From an uncultured Gemmataceae bacterium (GTDB lineage: Bacteria > Planctomycetota > Planctomycetia > Gemmatales > Gemmataceae): a stretch of 64,000 nucleotides of DNA. The stretch is from the NCBI GenBank assembly GCA_963750165.1, contig CAVVPN010000004.1, forward strand, positions 864,001 through 928,000, read 5' to 3'. Shown piece after piece: positions 30,027 to 39,633 of the stretch. Under the pieces are notes generated by a model. It was not told the origin of the DNA, ran no database searches, and was given only the letters and a program-made list of their open reading frames with translations. How positions within the stretch are numbered: the stretch's first letter is position 1; each line of letters begins with the position of its first letter. The position numbers and the translations under genes were made by a program.

Positions 30027-31233
30027 GCGCTGCCGGACAAGATCTATCCCCTTTTACGTTTCGCGCGCCCGAACAGCGCGAAACGTAAAGGGGACACCAA
30101 ACAATCAACCGCCGTCCCCAGCGAATGCCCGGTTGTTCCACGTAACGGTAAACCAACTCCACGACCGGCAGCCACACCAGCACGGCCATCGCCGCGCGGA
30201 GCCCGACGGCCCCGTGATCCGGGACCAGCAGTTCCGCCAGTGCCAGGCCCGGCACGTGCAGCAGGTAGATGCCATAACTGCGGCTGCCGAGGTAGAGCAG
30301 CACCCGGTCGTAAACTCGGTGGACGTACAGCAGCTGCCGGTCCAGGCTCGCCAGGCCCACCACCACGAAGAAGCACCCGCCACAGGCCGCCATCACCACG
30401 AGGTAGCCCGGCGTCCGCGGCACGCGCTGGATGTGCTGCAACGTGAAGCACGTCATCAGGCCGAATGGCACGAGCAGGCAGGAGTACAGGACAGCGCGCT
30501 GCACCGGGCGCGGCCAGTGAGTCGGGGCGAAGTGCTGGCGCGTGGCGTAAAACAGCGCCACGCCCAGAACGACGAAATCAAAGGACCAGGCGGCGGGGTA
30601 GCTCAGGGCCGCGGGCGTCAGCCGGCGCAGCGGCCCCCACACCAGGGCCAGGCGCAGGCCGAACGCGATGACCGCGTACAGGCCGAGGAAGCACGTCAAC
30701 TGCGGCCGCACATGGCCCCGACAGAGCCGGCCCAGCAGCAGCACCAGCGCCGGGGCGATGAGGTAAAACTGCTCCTCCACCGACAGGCTCCACGCCACGC
30801 CGTGGCAGCGGATCGGCGGCCGCGTGGCGGCCGCCACGTTGTAGACGCCCAGCAGAATGGCGGGCCACTGTTCCAGCAAATCCGGCCAGGGGTGTGACTC
30901 GCCCGCGGTCACGGCGTTGGCCAGGGCCGCCGCGGCGAAGAAAACGAGCAAGGTCGGCCACAGCCGGGCGACGCGCCGCAGGTAGAACTGCCACAGACTG
31001 CCGCCGCCGACGTGGAAGGAGCGAATGACCACGTAACCGCTGATGACGAAGAACAGCTGGACGCCCAGCCAGAACGGCACCTGACGGCGATCCAGGCCGC
31101 AGTGCGCCAGCCCGTCCCCAGCCAAATGGGCCGTCAGGTCGGTGTGGGCGCAGAGTACGGCGAGGATGGCGTAACCGCGCAGACGCTCGATGTCCAGGAT
31201 GCGGCCGCGTCCTTGCTCGACCCGCGCTGCCAT
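29986..31233 (-). CDS. Acyltransferase 3 (OafA/YrhL-like) membrane O-acyltransferase
   Basis: IERLRGYAILAV..H, GVQLFFVISGYVV, FYLRRVARLWP, WSLSVEEQFY, LGSRSYGIYLLH, YRYVEQP. Confidence 0.9.
   Translation of the reverse strand: MAARVEQGRGRILDIERLRGYAILAVLCAHTDLTAHLAGDGLAHCGLDRRQVPFWLGVQLFFVISGYVVIRSFHVGGGSLWQFYLRRVARLWPTLLVFFAAAALANAVTAGESHPWPDLLEQWPAILLGVYNVAAATRPPIRCHGVAWSLSVEEQFYLIAPALVLLLGRLCRGHVRPQLTCFLGLYAVIAFGLRLALVWGPLRRLTPAALSYPAAWSFDFVVLGVALFYATRQHFAPTHWPRPVQRAVLYSCLLVPFGLMTCFTLQHIQRVPRTPGYLVVMAACGGCFFVVVGLASLDRQLLYVHRVYDRVLLYLGSRSYGIYLLHVPGLALAELLVPDHGAVGLRAAMAVLVWLPVVELVYRYVEQPGIRWGRRLIVWCPLYVSRCSGARNVKGDRSCPAALTHSAAPADNTRC
30047..30094. repeat. Palindrome (TTTACGTTTCGCG family, cf. 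55196-55262)
   Basis: tccccttttacgtttcgcgc / gcgcgaaacgtaaagggga. Confidence 0.7.
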
Positions 31234-31308
31234 CCGACAGGACTCCCGTTCCTGAGGTGCCGGCGATAGAACAACCGGTATCTGTTACCCATGACGGAAG
31301 GGGCGCTC

Positions 31309-31779
31309 ATGGACTGGTGGGGCTGGCTCGGTGCGGTGGGGCTGCTGGCCGGCTTGCTGGCGCTGGCGTGGCGGCCGCTGCGTCGCTTCGGCAGGGCCGT
31401 CCACCTGGAGCGCGCCCGCGAGTCGTTTCGGTTACAGCGGCCGCGGCTGGAGGAGCTGTTTCTGCAAGCGGCGGCCGCGTCGGGCAAGCCCCGCGGCCTG
31501 CGCTGGAAGGCGTGCGACTGGGAGCCGGGCGTCGAATTCGCCCGCGAGCGCGCCACCGGCCAGATCGCGGCCCTGGTCGGCGTCACCATTCAGTTCGAGG
31601 CCGTCGAGGGCGGCGACATGGAAGGGCTGCCGGCCGTGGGCAACCTGCGTAACGCCTCGGGGGTGTTCTTCTTCCAGGGCGGCCACTGGCACACGGTCGG
31701 CAAGGCCGTGTTCAACATGAACCCCAACGAGGCCATCGAGCATTTCCGGCAGCAGTACGAGCGCATCGACGCCACCTGA
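31309..31779 (+). CDS. Conserved hypothetical protein with an N-terminal TM segment
   Basis: Normal codon usage; SGKPRGLRWKACDW, FEAVEGGDMEG, FNMNPNEA. Confidence 0.75.
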   Translation: MDWWGWLGAVGLLAGLLALAWRPLRRFGRAVHLERARESFRLQRPRLEELFLQAAAASGKPRGLRWKACDWEPGVEFARERATGQIAALVGVTIQFEAVEGGDMEGLPAVGNLRNASGVFFFQGGHWHTVGKAVFNMNPNEAIEHFRQQYERIDAT

Positions 31780-31875
31780 GCCCGGGCCGCAGGTTAATCC
31801 CCGGGCGGCAAAGAAAAAAGACGAAACCGCGCGGCCGCGCGGTGACTCTGGTTGGTGCGGCTCGTCCGGTCTTCA

Positions 31876-31935
31876 TCGTGGGGCAGACATTCCTGTCTGC
31901 CAGTCCCTCGGCAGACAGGAATGTCTGCCCCACGA
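31876..31935. repeat. REP-like inverted repeat (same family as 7972-8039)
   Basis: Perfect 26-bp arms at 31876-31901 and 31910-31935. Confidence 0.9.
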
Positions 31936-32028
31936 CCAGGACGGTGGACCCGTAGCAATCCGGTCGCCGACGTGGCACAATGGCAGAACGCCGGCGACTT
32001 CGGGGCCGCTGCCACTTTCACGCCCGGG

Positions 32029-32057
32029 GCAATCCGCCGCGTCCCCGCATTCGTCTA
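32029..32057 (+). promoter_or_regulatory. Candidate ECF-type (autoregulatory) promoter
   Basis: GCAAT-N18-CGTCTA ending 12 nt before the sigma ATG; resembles ECF AAC/CGT consensus only loosely. Confidence 0.3.
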
Positions 32058-32069
32058 TGGGGTGAGGGT

Positions 32070-32630
32070 ATGAGCGAACTGGCTGTCGGCACCCAGGCGC
32101 GGAAAACCTTGACCGGAGCAGTCACCTCCGACGATGACTTCCTCCGCGCCTTCAACGAGGTGCGCGCCGAGCTGGTCAGCACGCTCTACTTCGTGCTCGG
32201 CAACCACGAGGACGCCCAGGACGCCGCCCAGGATGCGTTCCTCAAGTGCTGGCGCTCGCGCGCCGGTTTGACCGAGGTGCGCAACGTGCGTGCCTGGATC
32301 TTCCGCGTCGGCCTGAACACCGCCAAGGATCTGCAGCGCAGTGCCTGGCGGCGGCGGTCCCGGCCGCTGGCCGAGAACGTGGATGCGACGCTGCCCGGGT
32401 TGGTGGCGGCGTCGCCGGCGGACGCTGTGGAGGAGAAGGAAGCGCTGCAGCAGTTGCGCACCGCCTTGCTGGACCTGCGGCCCGAGGAAAAGGCGGTGTT
32501 CCTGTTGCGGCAGAACGGCGACCTGACTTATGAGGAGATCGCCGAGTTGCGCCGCTGCCCGGTGGGCACGGTCAAGACGCAGATGCGGGCCGCCCTGCAA
32601 AAACTTCGTCGGGTGCTCAAGGACAAGTGA
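32070..32630 (+). CDS. ECF RNA polymerase sigma-70 factor
   Basis: LGNHEDAQDAAQDAFLKCW, AWIFRVGLNTAKDLQR, LTYEEIAELRRCPVGTVKTQMRAALQKLR. Confidence 0.93.
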   Translation: MSELAVGTQARKTLTGAVTSDDDFLRAFNEVRAELVSTLYFVLGNHEDAQDAAQDAFLKCWRSRAGLTEVRNVRAWIFRVGLNTAKDLQRSAWRRRSRPLAENVDATLPGLVAASPADAVEEKEALQQLRTALLDLRPEEKAVFLLRQNGDLTYEEIAELRRCPVGTVKTQMRAALQKLRRVLKDK

Positions 32631-32636
32631 GTCGCC

Positions 32637-35600
32637 ATGTTTGCGTGCAACGATTGTCGCGACCTGTTGCTGGACCATGTGTACGGCCTGCTCGACGGCG
32701 CCGAGGCGGACGCCCTGCGCGACCACCTGGCCGCCTGCGCCGACTGCCGCGCCGCCCAGGCCGCCGCCGCGGGGCAGCAGCACCTGCTGGCGAAGGCCGC
32801 CCAGGTTTACGCGCAGGTGCCCGCCTTCCAGGCCCCGGCCGCCGACACCGCCGTGACTGCCGCGGCACCGACCCCGCAGCCAGTGCCCGCCGTCCCGGTT
32901 CCGGCAACGCTGCCGCTGTCCGCCGCGCCGCCGCGCCGGCGCCGCTGGCTGGCCGTCGCCGCCGGCATGGCCGCCGCGGCCGCCGTGGTGCTCGCGGTCT
33001 GGGCGTGGCGGCAGTATGACGCAGGGTTGCACCGCCATGAGGCCGACCTGGCCCGTCTGCGCAAGGAAGCGGCCGGCGTGGAGGATCGCTACGCTCAGCT
33101 GTGCAAATCCTTCGATGTGCAACAGGAACAGGCCCCGGCGCAGGTGCGGCGGCAGTTCACGCATCTGCAAGTGCTCGGTCCGGGCGACTACCAACCCGGC
33201 GCCGCCAACACCTACCATGTCGTAACCGAGGACGTGCGGCACCAGCCGCGGCCGGCGCGCGTGACCGTGCGGCTGCTACGGCCGGCGGACACGAAGGTAC
33301 TGTACGCCCGCGCCTACCATAGCCTCGGCGCCGTGGACGTGGTGGTGCCCGGCCACCTGACGGCGGCTCCGGACGCGCCGCCGTTGCTGGTCATCGAGGC
33401 CCAGCCCGACGCGGCTGCGAAGCCCGAGGAAGTCCGCCAACTCCTGCCGGTCCTGAAGCCCGCCCACGTCACGCACGTCGTGCTGAACAAGACCGTCTTC
33501 CACCCCGGCGAGGAACTGTTCTTCCGCACCCTGACGCTGGAGCGCTTCAGCCTGCGGCCGCCAGCCGGCGCCGCGGAGGAGTGCGAGCTGGATGTGCAAC
33601 TGCTGGGGCCGAACGGCCAGGTGGAGCGGCGCATCGCCCGGACCACCAGCAAGGGCATCGCCAGCGACAGCTTCCGGCTGCGCAGCACCCTGCCGCCGGG
33701 CACCTACACGCTGCGCGTCGGGCCGGCCGGGCCCGCGCCGGACGGCCGCGTTTTGTTGCCGGCCCAGCGGCAGCTGACGGTGCTGCACCTGGAGCAGCCG
33801 CAGATTCTGGTGGAGCGCGGCCAGTATGGGCCGAATGAGCAGGTCAAGGGCATGGTCTATGGCGGTTTCAGGGCCGGTGTGACCACGGCCGGGCAGCCCG
33901 CGCTGGTCCAGGCGACGGTCGCAGGCCAGCCGGTCAGCGTCAACGGCCAGCCGCCCGGTCAGCCCGCCTCGATCAAGATGGACGCCAGCGGCAAGGCGCC
34001 GTTCCACCTGCAGATTCCCCCCCAGGTGAAGAAGGAAACCGAGGCGGTCGTCAAGGCCACCTTCGGCGACAAGAACAAGGCGGAGGTGCAGCAGTCGGTC
34101 AAGGTGGTGCCGGCGCCGGTGGACGTGCAGCTGTTCCCCGAGGGCGGCGACCTGGTGCCGGGCGTGCCCAACCGCATTTACTACCGCGCCCAGACGGCCG
34201 ACGGACTGCCTGCCCAGGTCGAGGGCAAGCTGCTCGACAGGCGCGGCGCCGAACTCGCCCACTTCAAGACCCCGCCGGCCGGTATGGGCGGGTTCGGCGG
34301 GCTCGGCGGCACCAACCCCGGTCTGGGCTCTTTCCAGATGACGCCGCCGGCCAGGACGGCAGGCAACGCCCTGGACCGGGCCGAAGTCGAAAAGAAGGCC
34401 GAGAAGAAAAAGGCGACGGCAGAAGATGTGTTCAAGCTGGTGGTGACCTCGCCGCAGGGCGTCACCTGCCGGGATGAGAAAATGCCGGTGCAGGCCAACG
34501 GCGTCGCGCTCCGGGTGGACGAACCAGTGTGCCGCGAGGGCCAACCACTGACGGTACACCTGCGCGACCCGGACCACGGCCGGCCGCTGCTGGTGGCGGT
34601 CGTGTGCCGCGGCCGGCTGGTGGCGCAGCAACACGCCGTGGTGCCGGCGGACGGCGCGACGGTGCGTCTGACCCCGCCGCCGGGCGTGCGCGGCGTGCTG
34701 CGGCTGACGGTCTACGGTGTGGAGGCGAAGGGACTGCGGCCGCTCGCGGAGCGCCTGGTGTACTGCAAGGCAGCGGCGCCGCTACGGTTGACGGCCACCA
34801 GCCTCAACGCTCCGCCCGACGGCTTTTTCCAGCACGGGCAGGAGGCCGCGTTGAAGATTCATGCGTCCGATGCCAGGGAAGCGACAGTGCTGGCCGCGGT
34901 GCTCGACGACCGGCTGAGTCGCGCCGGCGAACCCGGCATCGATCCCCCCGCGGCGTTCTTCTACCTGGCGACCGAGCTGGGGCAGCCGGAGGCCCTGGAG
35001 GACGCCGAGGTGCTGCTGGAAGATGGCCCGAAGGCAGAGCAGGCGCTGGACCTGTTCCTGGGCACGCAGGGCTGGCGGCGCTTCCCGCACGCAGGGACGA
35101 CCACCGAACTGGCCCTGTTGACGGCGGACAACGGCGACCGCGTTGAGGCCGCTTACCGCCAGGCCGTGGAGGCCCGACGCCAGCAGGATTGGGAGGAAGC
35201 GGAGCAGGAGCGCACCGTCCTGCAACAGGAACGGCGGCGGCGGGCGGCGGCGGCCCAGGACGCCGCGGAGGCGCTGGCGGAGTACCAGGCACTGCCGCGG
35301 CACTACGGTAGCCTGGCCGCGGTGGGGGCCATCGCGGTGCTGTTCATGGTATTCGTGCTCGGCGTGCTGGCGGCGCTGGCACAGACGGCGCGTGGCCGGC
35401 CGCTGTCGCGGGTCGCCCTGGGCGGCGCCTGTGGGGCGCTGCTGCTGGGCGTGGGTGTGTACGTCGCCACCCTGGACCTGCGCGGCGGCGACCGCTGGGA
35501 CACACCCCAGGTCGCGGCGGCGCTGCTGCGGCACCCGTGGTCGGAATTGCAGCGGCCCGAAGCGCCGCCGCTGGCCCCGAGGCTGGGGGAGGCCCCGCCG

Positions 35601-36134
35601 CAGGTGGTGCGGTCGCTGGCGGAGCGCGACCGCGCGAAGCACGATCAGAACGCGGTTGCGAAGGACGACCGCTTCCTGCCGGTCCCGCCCGCGGCGGCGT
35701 TCGACGCCCGGTTACGGCAGCAGAACCGGGGCGCCCAGTTGGCCATGAGCGTCGCCGCCCGGGCGCACGCCGACCGCAACATTCGTCCGGAAGCGAAGAG
35801 CGACAAGAAGGGCGGGTTCGGCAAGGGCAAGAGCAAGAACGCCACGCCGCCGACGGCGCCGGCGGCACCGGGCCTTGGCGGCCTGGGCGGCGGCAGGTGG
35901 GAAGGGCAGACGGGTGGTGGCGGAGTGGACAGGGCGCCGCGGCAGTACACGTATTCTGGCAAGGGGCCGGTGACGGATCTGCTGTTGTGGCAACCGGCGC
36001 TGACGCTGACGGACGGCAGTGCGGTGGTGCGCTTCCCCTTGCCGCCGACGCCCGGCGTCTACCGGGTGCTGCTCTACGGCAACACGCCCGATGGCCGCCT
36101 GGGCTTCAGCCAGCGCCGCCTGGAGGCGAAGTAG
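32637..36134 (+). CDS. zf-HC2 anti-sigma domain fused to alpha-2-macroglobulin-like (MG2/A2M) domains
   Basis: N-terminal C..LLDHVYGLL..HLAACADC; TM segment; LNKTVFHPGEELFFRTL; VQLFPEGGDLVPGVPNRIYY; LAERLVY; LDLFLGTQGWRRF; C-terminal LLWQP..PDGRLG. Confidence 0.85.
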   Translation: MFACNDCRDLLLDHVYGLLDGAEADALRDHLAACADCRAAQAAAAGQQHLLAKAAQVYAQVPAFQAPAADTAVTAAAPTPQPVPAVPVPATLPLSAAPPRRRRWLAVAAGMAAAAAVVLAVWAWRQYDAGLHRHEADLARLRKEAAGVEDRYAQLCKSFDVQQEQAPAQVRRQFTHLQVLGPGDYQPGAANTYHVVTEDVRHQPRPARVTVRLLRPADTKVLYARAYHSLGAVDVVVPGHLTAAPDAPPLLVIEAQPDAAAKPEEVRQLLPVLKPAHVTHVVLNKTVFHPGEELFFRTLTLERFSLRPPAGAAEECELDVQLLGPNGQVERRIARTTSKGIASDSFRLRSTLPPGTYTLRVGPAGPAPDGRVLLPAQRQLTVLHLEQPQILVERGQYGPNEQVKGMVYGGFRAGVTTAGQPALVQATVAGQPVSVNGQPPGQPASIKMDASGKAPFHLQIPPQVKKETEAVVKATFGDKNKAEVQQSVKVVPAPVDVQLFPEGGDLVPGVPNRIYYRAQTADGLPAQVEGKLLDRRGAELAHFKTPPAGMGGFGGLGGTNPGLGSFQMTPPARTAGNALDRAEVEKKAEKKKATAEDVFKLVVTSPQGVTCRDEKMPVQANGVALRVDEPVCREGQPLTVHLRDPDHGRPLLVAVVCRGRLVAQQHAVVPADGATVRLTPPPGVRGVLRLTVYGVEAKGLRPLAERLVYCKAAAPLRLTATSLNAPPDGFFQHGQEAALKIHASDAREATVLAAVLDDRLSRAGEPGIDPPAAFFYLATELGQPEALEDAEVLLEDGPKAEQALDLFLGTQGWRRFPHAGTTTELALLTADNGDRVEAAYRQAVEARRQQDWEEAEQERTVLQQERRRRAAAAQDAAEALAEYQALPRHYGSLAAVGAIAVLFMVFVLGVLAALAQTARGRPLSRVALGGACGALLLGVGVYVATLDLRGGDRWDTPQVAAALLRHPWSELQRPEAPPLAPRLGEAPPQVVRSLAERDRAKHDQNAVAKDDRFLPVPPAAAFDARLRQQNRGAQLAMSVAARAHADRNIRPEAKSDKKGGFGKGKSKNATPPTAPAAPGLGGLGGGRWEGQTGGGGVDRAPRQYTYSGKGPVTDLLLWQPALTLTDGSAVVRFPLPPTPGVYRVLLYGNTPDGRLGFSQRRLEAK

Positions 36135-36315
36135 CCCCAAGCACCCGGACGGGGTAGCGGGTGACAACAGGCTTGGGAGAGTCACCTGGCCACGTGGCCA
36201 CATGGCGCGCCCCTCACCGAGCCCTGCGCGGCAACCAGCGGCAACGCCTGACCCCAACCCCAGACGACAAGCGCTGCTCAACCACCCCGTCCTACTGCTT
36301 GGAGCCTGTTGCCCT

Positions 36316-36385
36316 TGGGTGTAGCGGAAGTCGCCAGACTTTCGTGCGGTGCTGCTCGGAAGTCTGGCGACTTCCGCTACACCCA
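36316..36385. repeat. GTAG-type REP-like inverted pair
   Basis: tgggtgtagcggaagtcgccagactttcg / cggaagtctggcgacttccgctacaccca. Confidence 0.85.
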
Positions 36386-36433
36386 CCTTGAGTACCACTC
36401 TCGAGCGGTTCCCAGTCGCGTGGACCACAAACC

Positions 36434-36491
36434 GTGGCACGGCTCTCCAGAGCCGTGGTGGAAACCGCACGGCTCTCCAGAGCCGTGCCAC
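36434..36491. repeat. REP-like pair (GTGGCACGGCTCTCCAGAGCCGTG)
   Basis: Two internally palindromic units at 36434-36457 and 36468-36491. Confidence 0.8.
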
Positions 36492-36739
36492 CACGAAGCG
36501 GGCCTTGAGCAGGCCACCCGCCAGCAGGTGGGCGATCCACTGGCAGTCCTTGGTGCGGGTCCGACGCTAACGCGGGCTCAAGGCACCAAGCGATTCAAAG
36601 ACGACCTCCCCCAGGGCCGGTGGCGGTCCGTTAGCATAGGCCCACTCGCCCCCATTTTCATGATCTCTGGGTGCCGCAACGCGGCATGACGACTCTAACC
36701 CCAGGGCAGGAAAAGCCAGGGCTCTCAGCGTATTTATAC

Positions 36740-36907
36740 CCGAAGAACTCCGCGAATTACGCCAACTGGCGGCCCAGTGGGGAACAATTGTCTCCAGGAG
36801 GGCTTTCGGCGCCGCGGGGCCGGGCCGGCGGTCGATTTCCGGGCCCTGGAACAACTGGCCGAGGGCGCCGCCCCGGGAGTCACTGAGGGCACGCTGCAAC
36901 TCCTCCT
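36740..36907 (+). pseudogene. Degenerate fragment resembling the small upstream ORF of planctomycete ISKra4-family elements
   Basis: EELRELRQLAAQWGTIVSRRAFGAAGPG, frameshift, then VDFRALEQLAEGAAPGVTEGTLQLLL; recognised from memory of that family. Confidence 0.5.
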
Positions 36908-36912
36908 GTCCC

Positions 36913-36957
36913 GATTTATCGGTTCGCGCCCCAGTGCCCAGCGCGAACCGATAAATC
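36913..36957. repeat. Palindrome (family of 1554-1597)
   Basis: Perfect 17-bp arms gatttatcggttcgcgc / gcgcgaaccgataaatc. Confidence 0.75.
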
Positions 36958-37006
36958 AGGAGCTGGGAACCGCTCCAAAGCCGCCAGCGGTAGCACAAGG
37001 ACGAAC

Positions 37007-37540
37007 TCAATTCTCCTCGTACTGCGCGATCCGATTCACCGACTCTTCCAGTTCCTCGCCGGTGTCGTCGGCGAAACGGTACTGCATCAGGAACGCATCC
37101 TCGCCACTATCCTCGTAGTAGGCGCGCAGCACCTTGACCGCCTTGAAGCACTGACGGCTGAAGAACAGCTGCGCCGGCAAGTTCGTCTCGCGCACCTCCA
37201 GCGTGATGCGCGTGCGGCGATGGCTCGACAGCTTGCTGATGAGCTTGGACACCATCTGCGCCCCGACGCCCTGCCGTCGCCAGGCCGGATGCACCGCGAA
37301 GTTCAAAATGTGCAGCTTCGCCTTGTGCAGCTCGTAGATCATGAAGCCGACGACCTTCTCGCCGTGCTCCGCCACCATGCCGATGCAGTTGCGCTGCCGC
37401 AGACAGCGCAAAAAATCCTCCTCCGTCCAGGGAAACTCGAAACTTTGCTGTTCGCTCTGCAGCACCTCGGGCATGTCCCGCCGGATCATCCAGCGGATAT
37501 GCACGCGAACCTGTTCCTTCTCTGTTCGTCCCGTGCTCAT
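37007..37540 (-). CDS. rimI: Ribosomal protein S18-alanine N-acetyltransferase (GNAT)
   Basis: ggaggagg RBS; IRWMIRRDMPEVL, SFEFPW, LHILNFAVHP..RRQGVG, LEVRETNLPAQLF, YYEDSGEDAFLM. Confidence 0.92.
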   Translation of the reverse strand: MSTGRTEKEQVRVHIRWMIRRDMPEVLQSEQQSFEFPWTEEDFLRCLRQRNCIGMVAEHGEKVVGFMIYELHKAKLHILNFAVHPAWRRQGVGAQMVSKLISKLSSHRRTRITLEVRETNLPAQLFFSRQCFKAVKVLRAYYEDSGEDAFLMQYRFADDTGEELEESVNRIAQYEEN

Positions 37541-37777
37541 GTTTTGACGGCCTCCTCCCCTCGCCACGGTGCGCGCAGCCCCTCCGTGGGTGCGAGCGCG
37601 TCCGCAGTCACCTGTGGTTGACGTTCCGATGTGACCAACCGACCAAGCAAGTTCCGGATGGGGGTGCTCTGGGATGCGGCCGGGTCCGTGGCGTCTCCGC
37701 GGCTTCACCGTTGCCCAAACCACCGCCGGATATTAGCAACGTGTTATGTCGGGCTCAAGGCCAAGACGGATCCCTTC

Positions 37778-37807
37778 CGTGGGGCAGGCAGGAATGTCTG
37801 CCCCACG
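37778..37807. repeat. Single REP-like hairpin (7972 family)
   Basis: cgtggggcaggcaggaatgtctgccccacg. Confidence 0.8.
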
Positions 37808-38034
37808 ATGGCCGCGACGGAAGAAAGTGGGGGAATCCTTCCCCCGGTGGATCAGCCGTCATGGCTGCCAGACACGTGGAGATTCCCTTCCCCTGTCCCC
37901 AGCCATCCTGGCCAGTCTCCCCGCGGGGGGCGCGATTGTGTAGATTGGTGAAGAGCATATCCACCTTCCCCCCCTTTGGCAAAGAAATCTTTCTGAAAAT
38001 GTTATAATTGACGTTTGTTTAATTGTTGTTTCGT

Positions 38035-39495
38035 TCACGGTCGCACGCGGATGCCCTGGGGGGTGACGCGCGGCAAGTCCGGCATAGGCCCCGGGTTGGG
38101 CGTGCCGGCGTGCAGCACCGTGTACAGCGTGGCATCGTGCCCCTGGTCGGAGCGCGCCGCCGTCCGCGTCACCTGGAGACCGGCCACCTGCGGCATCAAC
38201 TTCAGGGACAGCGACCGGGTCTGGCCAGCCGGCAGCACCGACAGTAGCCAGTACACGGTGCGCGTCTCGGCCACGTAACTGCCGCTCTCATCGGCGCTGA
38301 CGAACCGCATGCCGTCCGGCAACGTCTGGCTGACGCGGACGTTGTGAGCGTTGATGCGGTCGCGGTTGACCAGTTCCAGGCGGTACTCGTGCTCGCGGAA
38401 CAGGTCCGGCCGCACCGGCCCGGTCTGGCGGAGCCGCAGCCGCGGCTCGGTCACCTGCACGATGGTGCGCGTCGTGACCTGCTGGCCCTCCTTCGTCGTC
38501 ACCAGCGCTTCGTTCACCTGATGGCCCAGGTCGATAGCGACCGTCTCCAGGTCGAACTGCTTGGTTTCGCCCGCGGCCAGCGCGATGGGCTTCATTTCCA
38601 GATCGCGGCCCGGCGCCTGCGTGCCTTCCAGGCCCGGAGGCAGACGGTTGCAGAGCGTCAGGTCCGTCAGCGGCGCGGTGCCGTTATTGGTGATGCAGAT
38701 GTGGAACGTCGCCTTGCTGCCGATGGGGACGATGCTCGGCCCGGTGACGTTCAACAATAACTGCGGCCCGGTGACCGCGGTGTGCAGGCCCTTCGAGACG
38801 GTCACGGTCAACGTGGCGTCGCCCTGCCAGTCGGCGACGCTGGTCGGCTGCACCTCAACGAACACGCGCACCTCCGCGCCCGGGGCCAGGTTGTCGAAAA
38901 CCCACGCCAGCCGGTCGCCGTGCTTCGCTGCGGGCGGCCGGGCGCTCAGGAAGCTTGTGGCCGCCGGCAGCCGGTCTTCCAGGCGCACCTGCTGCGCCGC
39001 CACCGGGCCGATGTTGCGCACGATGATCTCATACGGAAACGCTTCGTGCAGCCGCACGGTCGTTGGCCCCTTTTTCTCCAGGGCCAGCATCGGCGTCAGG
39101 GCTGCGTTGCCGGGTGGCGCCGCCAGCAGGGCCGGACGCTCGACGACCGTGGCGACCGGCTGCACTGGCGGCGTGGTCTGTCGGGACTGCGGCGTCAGCA
39201 GGCGAAACGCGGGCGGCCGGGCCGGCGGCGCCGGCCGGGTCGCTTCCGGTATCGACAACGGCGGCACCGGCAATCCCACATCCGGGAACGCCGGCACTGG
39301 CAGCGGGGGCGATTGCTGGGCGGAGCCGGTGAGCGGCGGCATTTTGGTTACGGGCAGCCCGGTCGATTGTTTGGGCACGATCACGGGCGTTGTTTCGACG
39401 GGCGGCAGATCCGGCATCTGGGCCGCCAACCGCAGGGCGGCCAGCAGCACCAGACCGGTTGTGAGCACGACCACAGGCACATGGCTTTGGCGCAC
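38035..39495 (-). CDS. Secreted Pro-rich protein with three DUF11-like (conserved repeat) Ig domains
   Basis: Signal/TM segment, Pro-rich linker, and repeats GP...YEIIVRNIG..A..V..EDRLP, FHICITNNGTAPLTDL..RLPPGL, YRLELVN..AHNVRVSQTLPDGMRFVSA. Start uncertain (GTG 39495 vs 39534). Confidence 0.85.
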   Translation of the reverse strand: MRQSHVPVVVLTTGLVLLAALRLAAQMPDLPPVETTPVIVPKQSTGLPVTKMPPLTGSAQQSPPLPVPAFPDVGLPVPPLSIPEATRPAPPARPPAFRLLTPQSRQTTPPVQPVATVVERPALLAAPPGNAALTPMLALEKKGPTTVRLHEAFPYEIIVRNIGPVAAQQVRLEDRLPAATSFLSARPPAAKHGDRLAWVFDNLAPGAEVRVFVEVQPTSVADWQGDATLTVTVSKGLHTAVTGPQLLLNVTGPSIVPIGSKATFHICITNNGTAPLTDLTLCNRLPPGLEGTQAPGRDLEMKPIALAAGETKQFDLETVAIDLGHQVNEALVTTKEGQQVTTRTIVQVTEPRLRLRQTGPVRPDLFREHEYRLELVNRDRINAHNVRVSQTLPDGMRFVSADESGSYVAETRTVYWLLSVLPAGQTRSLSLKLMPQVAGLQVTRTAARSDQGHDATLYTVLHAGTPNPGPMPDLPRVTPQGIRVRP

Positions 39496-39547
39496 GGTGC
39501 CCTTCCCCCGTTGGGCGTTGGAACTACCGGACAAGACCTACATGTCC

Positions 39548-39616
39548 GGCGAGCGGCGCGGCGTCAGCCCGCCGCTGATAACGAGTTACCGGCGGGCTGA
39601 CGCCGCGCCGCTCGCC
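39548..39616. repeat. REP-like inverted repeat (GCGAGCGGCGCGGCGTCAGCCCGCCG family)
   Basis: Perfect 27-bp arms at 39548-39574 and 39590-39616. Confidence 0.85.
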
Positions 39617-39633
39617 TGCTGTCCGATAGCGCG

